A DNA stretch of 20,000 nt from an uncultured virus (IMG/VR IMGVR_UViG_3300037991_001647) (IMGVR_UViG_3300037991_001647:51782-71781), one strand, 5' to 3'. Shown: positions 1-8,614, counted from the stretch's first letter. Numbers and translations are program-made. Notes: generated by a model not told the origin, from the sequence alone.

Positions 1-159
1 TTTCACTATTTCGTCTTTTAATTTTAGTTTTTCGACTTTCATATTTTGAACGTCAGAATGTCTATTATACTCTTTTATTATCTCGTTGTCAAGATGCCTA
101 TGCACTTCTTTTAACTTTTGTAATCTTCTTGACTTTCCTCTTAGACCTGTTGCCATCAT
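1..159 (-). CDS. YdcH/DUF465-like small coiled-coil protein (runs off the window at its 3' end)
   Basis: Not in the ORF track. Manual translation: MMATGLRGKSRRLQKLKEVHRHLDNEIIKEYNRHSDVQNMKVEKLKLKDEIVK. The H..LD..I and K..KL.LKDEI pattern is typical of DUF465. AAGGAG SD upstream. Confidence 0.75.
   Translation of the reverse strand, partial: MMATGLRGKSRRLQKLKEVHRHLDNEIIKEYNRHSDVQNMKVEKLKLKDEIVK
64..92 (-). promoter_or_regulatory. Perfect sigma70 consensus promoter inside the DUF465-like ORF
   Basis: Minus strand TTGACA(92-87)-17 bp-TATAAT(69-64). Confidence 0.75.
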
Positions 160-180
160 ATAATACTCCTTTTGTTGAGT

Positions 181-208
181 TACTATAGGGGAAAACTCCC
201 CTATAGTA
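181..208. terminator. Perfect 12-bp stem-loop after the permease gene
   Basis: TACTATAGGGGA-AAAC-TCCCCTATAGTA. The T-tract follows on the + strand only, so it may be a processing/stability hairpin or block antisense transcription. Confidence 0.55.
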
Positions 209-219
209 TTTTAAATTTG

Positions 220-1512
220 TTATGATACTACAAAGTATAGTATCGATACAGCCGCAATAGCAAGAGAACCTGCATTGAGTTCGCTATGTCTACCACTACA
301 AGCCTTAATTACAACGTGTGCAATAAAGCCTAATGCTATACCATATGCAATATTAAATGTTAGAGGCATAATAATTGCCGCCAATACTGCTGGTGCATAT
401 TCACTTACATCATTCCAGTCAATATCTTTTAAGTTACGTAAGAAATACGTAGCAATAAAGACTAATGCTGGTGCAGTTGCATATGCAGGAATAGATTGTG
501 CCAATGGTGCTAATACCAAACACAATGCAAATAATACTGCTACTGTAACCGCAGTTAGTCCTGTTTTACCGCCTTCTTTGATACCAGCACCACTTTCAAT
601 ATATGATGTAGTGTTACTTGTACCAACTAAAGCACCTACTGTTGTTGCAGTTGAATCTGCTAATAAGGCTCTATCAATTCCTTCAACTTCGCCTTTTTTA
701 TTGACTTTACCTGTTAAGTTAGCAACACTTGTTAGTGTTCCTGCCGTATCAAAAAAGTCAACAAATAAGAATGCAAAAGCAACTCCGATAAATCCAGCAG
801 TTGCAATCATACTAAAATCTAATGTAAATGCGTGTGATGGATTCGGTACTGAACCTACTACACCATTTAAATCAGCAATTCCTGTTACCCAAGCAATAAT
901 AGATACTGCTAAGATACCAATAATAATTGCACCTGGAATCTGTCTTTTATCAGCGATAGCCATTATAGCAAAACCAAGTCCTGCTAATAGAACAGGCCAA
1001 CTAGAAATATCACCAAGACCAACTAATGTTGCCGGGTTATCTACTACAACTCCTGCATTTTTCAAACCAATAATAGCAAGAAACAAACCGATACCTGCGC
1101 CGATACCTAGTTTCATTCCTTTTGGAATACTATTAATGATGTATCTTCGTGCTGGAGTTAAACTTAAACCAAGAAACACAATACCTGCGATAAACACAGC
1201 CGCCAGTGCTTGTTGATATGTGTACCCCATTCCAAAAATAACACCGAATGCAAAAAAGGCATTCAATCCCATTCCTGGTGCTAGACCTACAGGCCAATTA
1301 GCCCATAGTCCCATAATGAGAGTACCAATTACTGCCGCAATAATTGTTGCAGTAAACACGGCACCGAAATCCATTCCAGTACCTTCAGTTGACAAAATCG
1401 CAGGGTTTACCACTGTGATATATGCCATTGTAAGGAATGTCGCAAGACCGGCCATTACTTCCGTTCTGACCGTTGTTTTCTTCTTAGACAAACCAAATAG
1501 TTTTTCTAACAT
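220..1512 (-). CDS. NCS2 family nucleobase permease, AzgA/GhxP-type (guanine/hypoxanthine/adenine)
   Basis: 430 aa polytopic membrane protein with motifs TEVMAGLATFLTMAYI.VNP.IL, LAPGMGLNAFF, DFFDTAGTL, TTSYIESGAGI.EGG.TGLTA and MPLTFNIA.GI. AGGAGGA SD at 1519-1525. Confidence 0.95.
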   Translation of the reverse strand: MLEKLFGLSKKKTTVRTEVMAGLATFLTMAYITVVNPAILSTEGTGMDFGAVFTATIIAAVIGTLIMGLWANWPVGLAPGMGLNAFFAFGVIFGMGYTYQQALAAVFIAGIVFLGLSLTPARRYIINSIPKGMKLGIGAGIGLFLAIIGLKNAGVVVDNPATLVGLGDISSWPVLLAGLGFAIMAIADKRQIPGAIIIGILAVSIIAWVTGIADLNGVVGSVPNPSHAFTLDFSMIATAGFIGVAFAFLFVDFFDTAGTLTSVANLTGKVNKKGEVEGIDRALLADSTATTVGALVGTSNTTSYIESGAGIKEGGKTGLTAVTVAVLFALCLVLAPLAQSIPAYATAPALVFIATYFLRNLKDIDWNDVSEYAPAVLAAIIMPLTFNIAYGIALGFIAHVVIKACSGRHSELNAGSLAIAAVSILYFVVS

Positions 1513-1535
1513 TATATTTCCTCCTGTTAGTTGTA

Positions 1536-3077
1536 TTAACCAAAAAGATCCGAGACAGTATCAGGTGTAGAATATTCTTTCTTTTTACCTTTTACCGCCT
1601 CGGTAAATTCTTCAGTTCTTACATTTGCTTCCTCAAACTCCATAAAGTCCGGAGTAGTGGAAATGTTTTGGACACGTGAACCTTCACATTTTCTTAAGAA
1701 TGCTTTAAAGTCAGTTAACATATCCATTGGATTATCTGATACAAATAGTTCCTCTACAAACTTTGCAAAGTATAATACTGTATCAGGTACAACATCACTT
1801 AACACATTTGTTTTACCTAAAGTTATGTTGTGTATATCGATTTTATCACGTAACATTTCATATTCGTGGTCAAATCTTCTTAATGCATCTTGCATACCAC
1901 GTATATGATATTCTGTATTATGTGCTTGAATCAATATGTACGATAAACTATCCCAACTTGATTTTGCTTCCTTCTTGTTCCTATTCAACATACCTGGTTG
2001 CATATAGTTGATATCACGCATATTAAGTCGTGAACCAATTGCTCCATCGTACATCCAAGGTTGATTCGGATTAGAAATATCTTGTCTCCAATTCAACTTT
2101 TTAGTTTTATAAGACCAAGCACCGGCACTCAAGTCAGGATAGTCATATGCTAGTCCTTTAGATGCAGTGATATAGGGAGAAGCCGCATCAAAGGAAATTG
2201 TGATGTTCGGATTTACACGTTCTCTAAGTTGTCTTTGTATGGCTGTCAAATAACAACCCCAAGGGAGAACACTAATGCCTAAAACGTGTATCCAAACATC
2301 GTCACCTGCTAATAGACCATCATCACGCATACGTATTAATCGTCTTAGCAAGAGTTCTGCATCACCGGCGTGGTCACCTGCCATCGCATATCCTTCGAAT
2401 GCTCTGTCGCCATATACTTTTGGATCGTTAAATTCTTTAACGTTTTGATACCACTTTTCACTAGTTTCCCAATTAGCACCGTGAAGTGTATTAAGAAATT
2501 TAGTTTTGCCAGGGATACGATTATCTATAAAAAACTTATGATTAAATATTGTTTTCTCTAAACAATCATCAGGACTTTTTAATCCTGTTCTATCACGATA
2601 CTGTGGAAGATATGCCCATAAAGGAATATCAAGTGTCATACTATAATCACAATATTCCTCTAACCAAGTCATAATTCCACAACGTGTCTTTTGCCAATCA
2701 GCACCATTTTCGAAATTACTCCAGTCAAGTTTCCAAGCACCACTACCAATTTGATAGCCTCCCGAATCACCAACTAATACTGTATTTTCTCTGTTACGAT
2801 TAACAACCATACCATCATCTTGTTTAGTACCATCTAAATCAAGATTGGCGTGACCGGCTGAATAAAGCCCGTGTGAGTAATACACATAGCCTTTATCCTT
2901 ATCAAATATATTCAGTCCTTCAAGTCCGTGTTCAAACTTCTTTGGAATACGTTCTGGTGGGAACATATCTGTCTTGTCCGCATAATGTTGTGAGATTTTA
3001 CGAACATAGAAATTTGAAATAGCAGGCAAAAATATAGCATAGCCTGAACTTAGATTATTCTTACCTAAGTCTATCAC
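1536..3077 (-). CDS. tRNA-guanine transglycosylase (TGT)/DpdA-like base-exchange enzyme
   Basis: 513 aa with DSGGYQ, MTLDIP, HVLG, SFDAASP and a late HN motif in TGT order. Lacks the CxCxxC zinc motif of bacterial tRNA TGT. GTG start just after the clamp stop. Confidence 0.8.
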   Translation of the reverse strand: MIDLGKNNLSSGYAIFLPAISNFYVRKISQHYADKTDMFPPERIPKKFEHGLEGLNIFDKDKGYVYYSHGLYSAGHANLDLDGTKQDDGMVVNRNRENTVLVGDSGGYQIGSGAWKLDWSNFENGADWQKTRCGIMTWLEEYCDYSMTLDIPLWAYLPQYRDRTGLKSPDDCLEKTIFNHKFFIDNRIPGKTKFLNTLHGANWETSEKWYQNVKEFNDPKVYGDRAFEGYAMAGDHAGDAELLLRRLIRMRDDGLLAGDDVWIHVLGISVLPWGCYLTAIQRQLRERVNPNITISFDAASPYITASKGLAYDYPDLSAGAWSYKTKKLNWRQDISNPNQPWMYDGAIGSRLNMRDINYMQPGMLNRNKKEAKSSWDSLSYILIQAHNTEYHIRGMQDALRRFDHEYEMLRDKIDIHNITLGKTNVLSDVVPDTVLYFAKFVEELFVSDNPMDMLTDFKAFLRKCEGSRVQNISTTPDFMEFEEANVRTEEFTEAVKGKKKEYSTPDTVSDLFG

Positions 3078-3080
3078 TTA

Positions 3081-3836
3081 CTAACTGCCTGATTTTGCTG
3101 GAAGAATGTATTCGTATAGACCTAATCCACTGTCTACTTGAATCATCATTGCACCTTGGTCTGACATTTTAACACTCATTGTGCTAGTATCACCAAGTTT
3201 CAAGATTGTCAAAACAGTTGCTAGAGGAAAACTCCAACCTGTTTTTAACTCACCACTGACGTTATGTGCAAAAGGAAGTTCTACTCTATCAGTAGACCTG
3301 TCACCAATAAAGAATTTTAGTGTACCATCTACTGTCTTTACAGTAAACAACGGATCGAAAGCACCTAAAATACTTGAAAAGTATTGTAAGTCTTTGATTG
3401 CTTTTTGTGTTGGCATAACTTCAACGTCCCACTTAGCACCTTTAAAGTTTGCCGTTTTGATTTGTGCATCAACTAACTCTGAAACAATTACACGATAAGT
3501 TGATTGCATTGCACCAGGAATTTCAAATGAAAGTTGTGTTGGAACTTTCTCACCATTACGTTCTTCGTGAACGACTTCAACTGATGCTTTAACTGATTTA
3601 CCCTCTTTATCTTCACCTTCGTAGTTCAGATAACCATTTAATACCCCAAGTCTACCTAGACCGAATTTACCTTGAAACTCTGGTACTGGTTTATGAAGTT
3701 TGCCTCGCAATACTACAGTTCTGTCATCATCCATAGCATCTATAGATGTGCCATTTTCATCTGTAGTTACTTTTGCCGCTTGGATAATACCTAATGAATG
3801 AGTATGCTTTACAATATCTTTTAATATATCTTGCAT
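3081..3836 (-). CDS. DNA polymerase sliding clamp (gp45/PCNA-like processivity factor)
   Basis: 251 aa, typical clamp size. Alternating helix/strand pattern (IDAMDDDRTVVL, GKFGL..L..L, C-terminal YEYILPA). Located in the PolB cluster. AAGGAG SD. Confidence 0.7.
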   Translation of the reverse strand: MQDILKDIVKHTHSLGIIQAAKVTTDENGTSIDAMDDDRTVVLRGKLHKPVPEFQGKFGLGRLGVLNGYLNYEGEDKEGKSVKASVEVVHEERNGEKVPTQLSFEIPGAMQSTYRVIVSELVDAQIKTANFKGAKWDVEVMPTQKAIKDLQYFSSILGAFDPLFTVKTVDGTLKFFIGDRSTDRVELPFAHNVSGELKTGWSFPLATVLTILKLGDTSTMSVKMSDQGAMMIQVDSGLGLYEYILPAKSGS

Positions 3837-3866
3837 ATTTTGTTCTCCTTATGGTTTAATATTACT

Positions 3867-3895
3867 ATACTATCAGTTTTCAATACCAATGTCAA
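3867..3895 (-). promoter_or_regulatory. sigma70-type promoter for clamp-TGT-permease genes
   Basis: TTGACA(3895-3890)-17 bp-TAGTAT(3872-3867), about 30 nt upstream of the clamp ATG. Confidence 0.65.
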
Positions 3896-4424
3896 TGCTT
3901 TTTTTCTTTCTTCCTGATACTGGATTGTCTACCCAATGTATCTGATTAGGAGGCATAAAACCCCATATAAACCAAGCATTTCCAAATGTAGGTGCACCTT
4001 TTCCAGTAAAATCAATACGATTGTTATACACAAGTGCGGACATTCCTTTGTCCATAAACATCTGTCCTCGCTTTAATCCCTGAAAACTTGTCACAGGAAG
4101 TAACAAAGCAAATGGTTTACCTAGTGAATAACAATGTTCTAAAAACTGATCCTTCTTACTATATGGTGGATTGGTTATAACACCATCAAAGATATCAGAC
4201 CGTCCACAATCAAAAAAATCCCTAGAACCAGACCCAACCATATTATAGCCGTGTTTGGTAAATCCTCTAAGAATGCTTGAACTTTTTCCGCTAGTCGCCT
4301 CATAGTAAGTTTTCTCCTTATCTAAGTATTTCAGTAAAGGTATGATTTGATCCTCAGGAGTGTAACACTCGTCTGACTCAGTATTCGTTGCTCTACGATT
4401 TATTAAGTCCGTATAAGTGTTCAC
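3873..4424 (-). CDS. Small N6-adenine (amino) DNA methyltransferase
   Basis: 183 aa. DECYTP, degenerate SAM-binding motif I (YYEATSG), catalytic ITNPPYS, and GKPFALLLP. GTG start overlaps the upstream TGA. Confidence 0.82.
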   Translation of the reverse strand: MNTYTDLINRRATNTESDECYTPEDQIIPLLKYLDKEKTYYEATSGKSSSILRGFTKHGYNMVGSGSRDFFDCGRSDIFDGVITNPPYSKKDQFLEHCYSLGKPFALLLPVTSFQGLKRGQMFMDKGMSALVYNNRIDFTGKGAPTFGNAWFIWGFMPPNQIHWVDNPVSGRKKKSIDIGIEN

Positions 4425-4567
4425 CCAAAGAACCTATCAATTACTGCTATTACAAAATGATATGAGAAAAATGCAAACACACAAAATAGTACAAACTTTA
4501 GAAATTTGTTCATTCCATCATCTGACATCTTTTCCCAATCAGGTCTATTATCTGGTCTACCAAACAT
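4421..4567 (-). CDS. Small single-pass membrane protein (48 aa)
   Basis: Manual translation: MFGRPDNRPDWEKMSDDGMNKFLKFVLFCVFAFFSYHFVIAVIDRFFG. TAATG overlap upstream and GTGA overlap downstream. Confidence 0.75.
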   Translation of the reverse strand: MFGRPDNRPDWEKMSDDGMNKFLKFVLFCVFAFFSYHFVIAVIDRFFG

Positions 4568-4680
4568 TATGACACCTGTATTGCAATATAAATGCAAAGT
4601 ACTAGAATGGCAAGTTTGCCATAGTCAAGGTCAAAATCTGTACCTTCACCATACTTTTTTCTAAATTCGCTGAACTTCAT
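4567..4680 (-). CDS. Small single-pass membrane protein (37 aa)
   Basis: Manual translation: MKFSEFRKKYGEGTDFDLDYGKLAILVLCIYIAIQVS. Strong AAGGAGG SD and TAATG overlaps at both ends. Confidence 0.75.
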   Translation of the reverse strand: MKFSEFRKKYGEGTDFDLDYGKLAILVLCIYIAIQVS

Positions 4681-5474
4681 TATTTCCTCCTTGCTTTGTT
4701 TTTAATTTCTATTATCTTTTTTAGTTTCGTTAGTTCTGGTGTAAAAAAGTCTTTTATCATTTCTTCATTTGTACAATCATTAAAGTGTGTTTCATCACAA
4801 AGTATTTTTTCTTCACCATACTTTTCTACATAATAATCGTGTGCATTCTTACCTTTGAAATCAATACATATTATATCTTTCATCATTTGTTTATACCCAG
4901 GTAAGTTCATAAAGTTCCAAGACTTTTGCCAACATATAGGAGTAATGTCTAACATCTTACATAATTTTAATGATTGATGTATATCTAACATACCCCAAAA
5001 TTCCATTGCGGCATCAACTGATGCTATATTCCATTGTACCTTATTCCAAATATTAAATTCTTTTTTAGTATCACAAATTTTTTTCCAATCCATTTCTTGA
5101 TGAAGATTTCTCATATATGGCCATATAGATACAGAATTTTCATATACCTTTGTTTCCATATCATTTAAATCTGTATCATTCCAAATTTGTTCATACATAT
5201 CTGGTTTATCTTCACCTAATGCTTTTACATTTAACATAGACCTATTGTTTACAAATTCTATTATCAAACCATCAATATCATATTTTTCTTTTAAGTATAC
5301 AATCTTATTTAGGTAAAGTTCGGTTCCCTTGCCTGAACAGGCACTATTATAAAATTTTATATCAGGATTATATTTCTCTAACCATTTAGTAAATGGTTCT
5401 GCAATCTTAATTTTATCCTTGCTTAAATGACTGCCTACACTATAACTTGAACCAATTATTCCAACTTTACACAT
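4680..5474 (-). CDS. SGNH/GDSL hydrolase-like protein
   Basis: 264 aa with block I IIGSSYSVG, block II NSACSGKG and block V DETHFN (DxxH). Confidence 0.6.
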   Translation of the reverse strand: MCKVGIIGSSYSVGSHLSKDKIKIAEPFTKWLEKYNPDIKFYNSACSGKGTELYLNKIVYLKEKYDIDGLIIEFVNNRSMLNVKALGEDKPDMYEQIWNDTDLNDMETKVYENSVSIWPYMRNLHQEMDWKKICDTKKEFNIWNKVQWNIASVDAAMEFWGMLDIHQSLKLCKMLDITPICWQKSWNFMNLPGYKQMMKDIICIDFKGKNAHDYYVEKYGEEKILCDETHFNDCTNEEMIKDFFTPELTKLKKIIEIKNKARRK

Positions 5475-8267
5475 TTAAAAATCAAATAAGTTAGTAAAAG
5501 TTTCTGATGCATTTGCATCACTCAAATCCCATTTAAGAACACCTATTAAGTTTTGTAGTTTCTTATCAATAATTGTTGCTTCCATTTCTTCATCATCAAA
5601 TGGGAGTTCTTGAAACCACTGAGGAATTCTAGTTTCATCAATAGGATATGCCACACTAGTCATCTTCATATTGTTAGGTCTTAGTTTACAAACAATAGTT
5701 TTCATACCATCAACAATCTCTAATGCATACTTGTCTTGATGTAATTCTCTTAACAAGTTCCAATTGATTGCCGCCGATACGTGACCAGGCAAATGCACTT
5801 TATCTTTTTTACCTTCTTCTTCGCCTTCTAGTTTGAATTCTCTACTTTGTGACTTAGCAAGTTTACTAAGTTTATTTCTATACATTGTAATATTATTAAC
5901 ACGTTTAGGAGTACCTTTCTCCCAACCAGGCTTTGCTCTGAATTCTTTCTTAAACTCTTTGACCATATCAATAACATCTTCTTGTGTACCATCTGTTAGA
6001 ATTTTAACAAGAACATCACTTAAAAAGTTTTGCATATAGTCTGGAGTATCACTTCTTTTCAAGTCAAGACCCATTGCTTTAACCTTACCAGGTTTACCAT
6101 CTACATCTTTTCTTACACCTTCATCATCATAGATTAACATTGCGTATCTTTTCTTTTTGATAAAGATTGCCATAGATGCCGCATTCTCTCGACCTGCTAC
6201 AATAATCTCTCCTTGTTTACGAGGACAATTAAAGAAGTCTTTCATAAAGTCAGGGAAACTTGTGTTGACTTGATTTGCTACTTCGTCATACAGTTCTACT
6301 ACTCTTTCTTTTGACCATTCAATTTCACCAGCATCAATCTCTTTTTTGTATACAGGATACATTGAATAATAGATACTATCTGTATCTCCATATATAACTG
6401 CAGGACCTTTATAATCATATGTTCCTTCAATTACTTCGTTTGTTTTAGAACCCATATGTCTTGTAATACAACGACCAGTTAGTGTTGTACTTTGACCAAT
6501 ACGTTTATCATAGAAACGACAACCAGGATTTAAAATCGCACCATATAGTGAATTCAAGTTAATCTTTTTAACAAGTTGTCTTTTATCCCAGAATGCGATT
6601 TGTTCTTTATCGCCTTCTTCAATCGCTTTCTTTTTGTTTGCTTGTAATACTTTTCTTTCAGCATACCAACGTTCTAACAAACTTGGAATGATACCTTGTA
6701 CATCTTGTCTGAATACTGTACCATTGGCACTGATTGCCCAATCTAAATCTTTACTGAATACTAAATTATATAATTCAGCACCAGTCATATCTGCTTTTTC
6801 TCCAGTCTCTAGTAACAGATTAATCTTTTCAGTTTTATCTTTTTCATTCATCAATCTAAATTCTTCTGCACTAAACGTATCTTCCCAAGCCTGAGCCGCT
6901 CCGAAACCTTTACTTCCACCTCGTCTACCATTTGCAATTCTATCACCAATCAATTTATCTGTATGTGTTGGTTCTAGTTGTGCAACAATAGTTTCGGGAC
7001 TCATATTTAATGCACGAATAACTGAAGGATAAAGTGAATTGATATCAATACCTGCTACCCATCTTTGTATACCTGTCTTTGGATTTGCAACAAAGGCACC
7101 TGCCGCCTTTTGCTTTTCTGCTTCTTCTAGTTCTTCATCTGTTGGTTCTGAATCTTCTTCTCCCCAATCTTTCGCTTTTCTATCTGGCACAACCATCTTT
7201 CTACGATGTGCCTCATTTATAATTGCTTGTTCTGTAACTGCAACTGCACCCATAGTTGTTTTGATATTAACTGTATTGTCGTGTGCAATCTCATTTGCTA
7301 AATCAATGAATTGTAATTTTTTATCTAAGTTGCCTAATAGTGCAACGTCTTGTCTGTTATATTCGATAAACTTATAAAAGTCTTTGTTGTATAAAGTATC
7401 TAATGTTCCTTCATACGCAATTTTCTTTTCACCTAATTCATATTCACCAATAGTATCTAGTGAGTATGAATGCATTTCGTGATATGTATACTTACGATAT
7501 AGTTCAAGATAGTCAAGATGAATACGACCTGATAAGTCATATGTCACACTTTCTTTACCAAATCTAACTACACGCCTTTCGTGAGGAAGTAGATCCCATA
7601 AACAAAGTTTACGTGTATGAGACTTACTCATAATATTTGTAATACGTCTAACTGTATATGGAATATCGAAACCCTCTGAGTTCCAACCAGATAATACATC
7701 TGCATCATCAATCAATGCAATGAAATCGTTTAACATATCTACTTCACTAAGATAGATAAACGTATCATCAAATCTACTTGCTAGTTCTTCTGCCTCTTTA
7801 AGACCTTCACCTTCACGCATATGTTTTGGCGGGATAGCAAACGTAACAAGTTTATCTACCCATTGCAAATAAACTGTGATTGCAGTAATAGGCATAAAAG
7901 GATCCTCTGGAGGAGCAAAGCCTCTGTCTGCATCAAAGTCTACTTCGATATCAAAAAATGCACAATGAAGTTTCGGAGAGTCAACTCCGTTATAGTTTTC
8001 ACTTAAACATCTTACTTCAGGTTTGATATCACTTTCGTAAAACTTTTTACCTGAGTTTATTCGTCTTTCTTTGTGAAGGTCTTTGAGTCTTTTACATTTG
8101 ATTTGACGTACTTTATCACCGTGTATACTTGTATGCTCTCCTCTTGGATCCTTTATATAAAAAGTTCTCCAAGCAGGAAAGTCATTGTATACACGTTTAC
8201 CATTAATTCGTTCAACTACTTGAACGATATCTTTTTCTTTGTTATAAAATGCGTCAACATAACTCAT
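5475..8267 (-). CDS. polB: Family B DNA polymerase with 3'-5' exonuclease (gp43-like)
   Basis: ExoI FFDIEV, ExoII GWNSEGFDIPY, ExoIII YNRQDV. Motif A DINSLYPS, motif B KINLNSLYG, motif C YGDTDS. C-terminal NLFDF clamp-binding-like tail. Confidence 0.98.
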   Translation of the reverse strand: MSYVDAFYNKEKDIVQVVERINGKRVYNDFPAWRTFYIKDPRGEHTSIHGDKVRQIKCKRLKDLHKERRINSGKKFYESDIKPEVRCLSENYNGVDSPKLHCAFFDIEVDFDADRGFAPPEDPFMPITAITVYLQWVDKLVTFAIPPKHMREGEGLKEAEELASRFDDTFIYLSEVDMLNDFIALIDDADVLSGWNSEGFDIPYTVRRITNIMSKSHTRKLCLWDLLPHERRVVRFGKESVTYDLSGRIHLDYLELYRKYTYHEMHSYSLDTIGEYELGEKKIAYEGTLDTLYNKDFYKFIEYNRQDVALLGNLDKKLQFIDLANEIAHDNTVNIKTTMGAVAVTEQAIINEAHRRKMVVPDRKAKDWGEEDSEPTDEELEEAEKQKAAGAFVANPKTGIQRWVAGIDINSLYPSVIRALNMSPETIVAQLEPTHTDKLIGDRIANGRRGGSKGFGAAQAWEDTFSAEEFRLMNEKDKTEKINLLLETGEKADMTGAELYNLVFSKDLDWAISANGTVFRQDVQGIIPSLLERWYAERKVLQANKKKAIEEGDKEQIAFWDKRQLVKKINLNSLYGAILNPGCRFYDKRIGQSTTLTGRCITRHMGSKTNEVIEGTYDYKGPAVIYGDTDSIYYSMYPVYKKEIDAGEIEWSKERVVELYDEVANQVNTSFPDFMKDFFNCPRKQGEIIVAGRENAASMAIFIKKKRYAMLIYDDEGVRKDVDGKPGKVKAMGLDLKRSDTPDYMQNFLSDVLVKILTDGTQEDVIDMVKEFKKEFRAKPGWEKGTPKRVNNITMYRNKLSKLAKSQSREFKLEGEEEGKKDKVHLPGHVSAAINWNLLRELHQDKYALEIVDGMKTIVCKLRPNNMKMTSVAYPIDETRIPQWFQELPFDDEEMEATIIDKKLQNLIGVLKWDLSDANASETFTNLFDF

Positions 8268-8527
8268 TAAAGAGTTCTACCTACTGTATGTAATACCTGT
8301 TCTACGTCATCAAACTCTTGTTTTGATTCTTGTAGTTTTGATTTGTGTGCGATTGTTATTGCTTTATTTAGTACACTAGGTTTGATATCAAACTCATCTG
8401 CGATTGCTTTCACAGTATCACGTAAACCACCTTTAAGGTCGTCTACTTCTTGTAGTACGTTCATACCTTCGTCTACTAATTGCTTTAGTCTTGCTTTGTC
8501 CTCTGAACTTAGATTGTCTATTGACAT
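8267..8527 (-). CDS. T4 DsbA-like small dsDNA-binding protein/transcriptional regulator
   Basis: 86 aa helical protein (LKQLVDEG...LKGGLRDTVKAIADEFDIKPSVLNKAITIAHK). TAATG-coupled to polB. Full-length SD TAAGGAGGTGAT. Confidence 0.6.
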   Translation of the reverse strand: MSIDNLSSEDKARLKQLVDEGMNVLQEVDDLKGGLRDTVKAIADEFDIKPSVLNKAITIAHKSKLQESKQEFDDVEQVLHTVGRTL

Positions 8528-8548
8528 ATAAAATCACCTCCTTATATT

Positions 8549-8578
8549 AAAAAAGAGTGCCCTATTTCTAGAACACTC
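8549..8578 (-). terminator. Rho-independent terminator-like hairpin
   Basis: Minus strand GAGTGTTCTA-GAAA-TAGGGCACTC-TTTTTT: 10-bp stem with 2 G-U pairs, GNRA loop, U6. Confidence 0.8.
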
Positions 8579-8582
8579 CTTA

Positions 8583-8611
8583 ATAATACATTATGTGACT
8601 TTGAAAGTCAA
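8583..8611 (-). promoter_or_regulatory. sigma70-type promoter with overlapping palindrome
   Basis: TTGACT(8611-8606)-17 bp-TATTAT(8588-8583). Palindrome TGACTTT-G-AAAGTCA at 8596-8610. Confidence 0.6.
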
Positions 8612-8614
8612 TAC

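Noticed and set aside
275..1570. Long + strand ORFs (313 aa and 116 aa)
   Set aside because: Antisense shadows of the hydrophobic permease gene. No SD or recognisable motifs.
1536..3077. Assigning the gene symbol tgt or dpdA
   Set aside because: The family is recognisable, but substrate and subfamily cannot be fixed from motifs alone.
4567..4680. MKFSEF start of the 37-aa ORF as a capsid-targeting sequence
   Set aside because: No downstream x-x-E site, it is a membrane peptide, and it lies in the sigma70-driven operon. Probably coincidental.
5475..8267. Intein, intron or split in PolB
   Set aside because: All motifs are contiguous in a normal-length ORF. Only short charged loop insertions are present.
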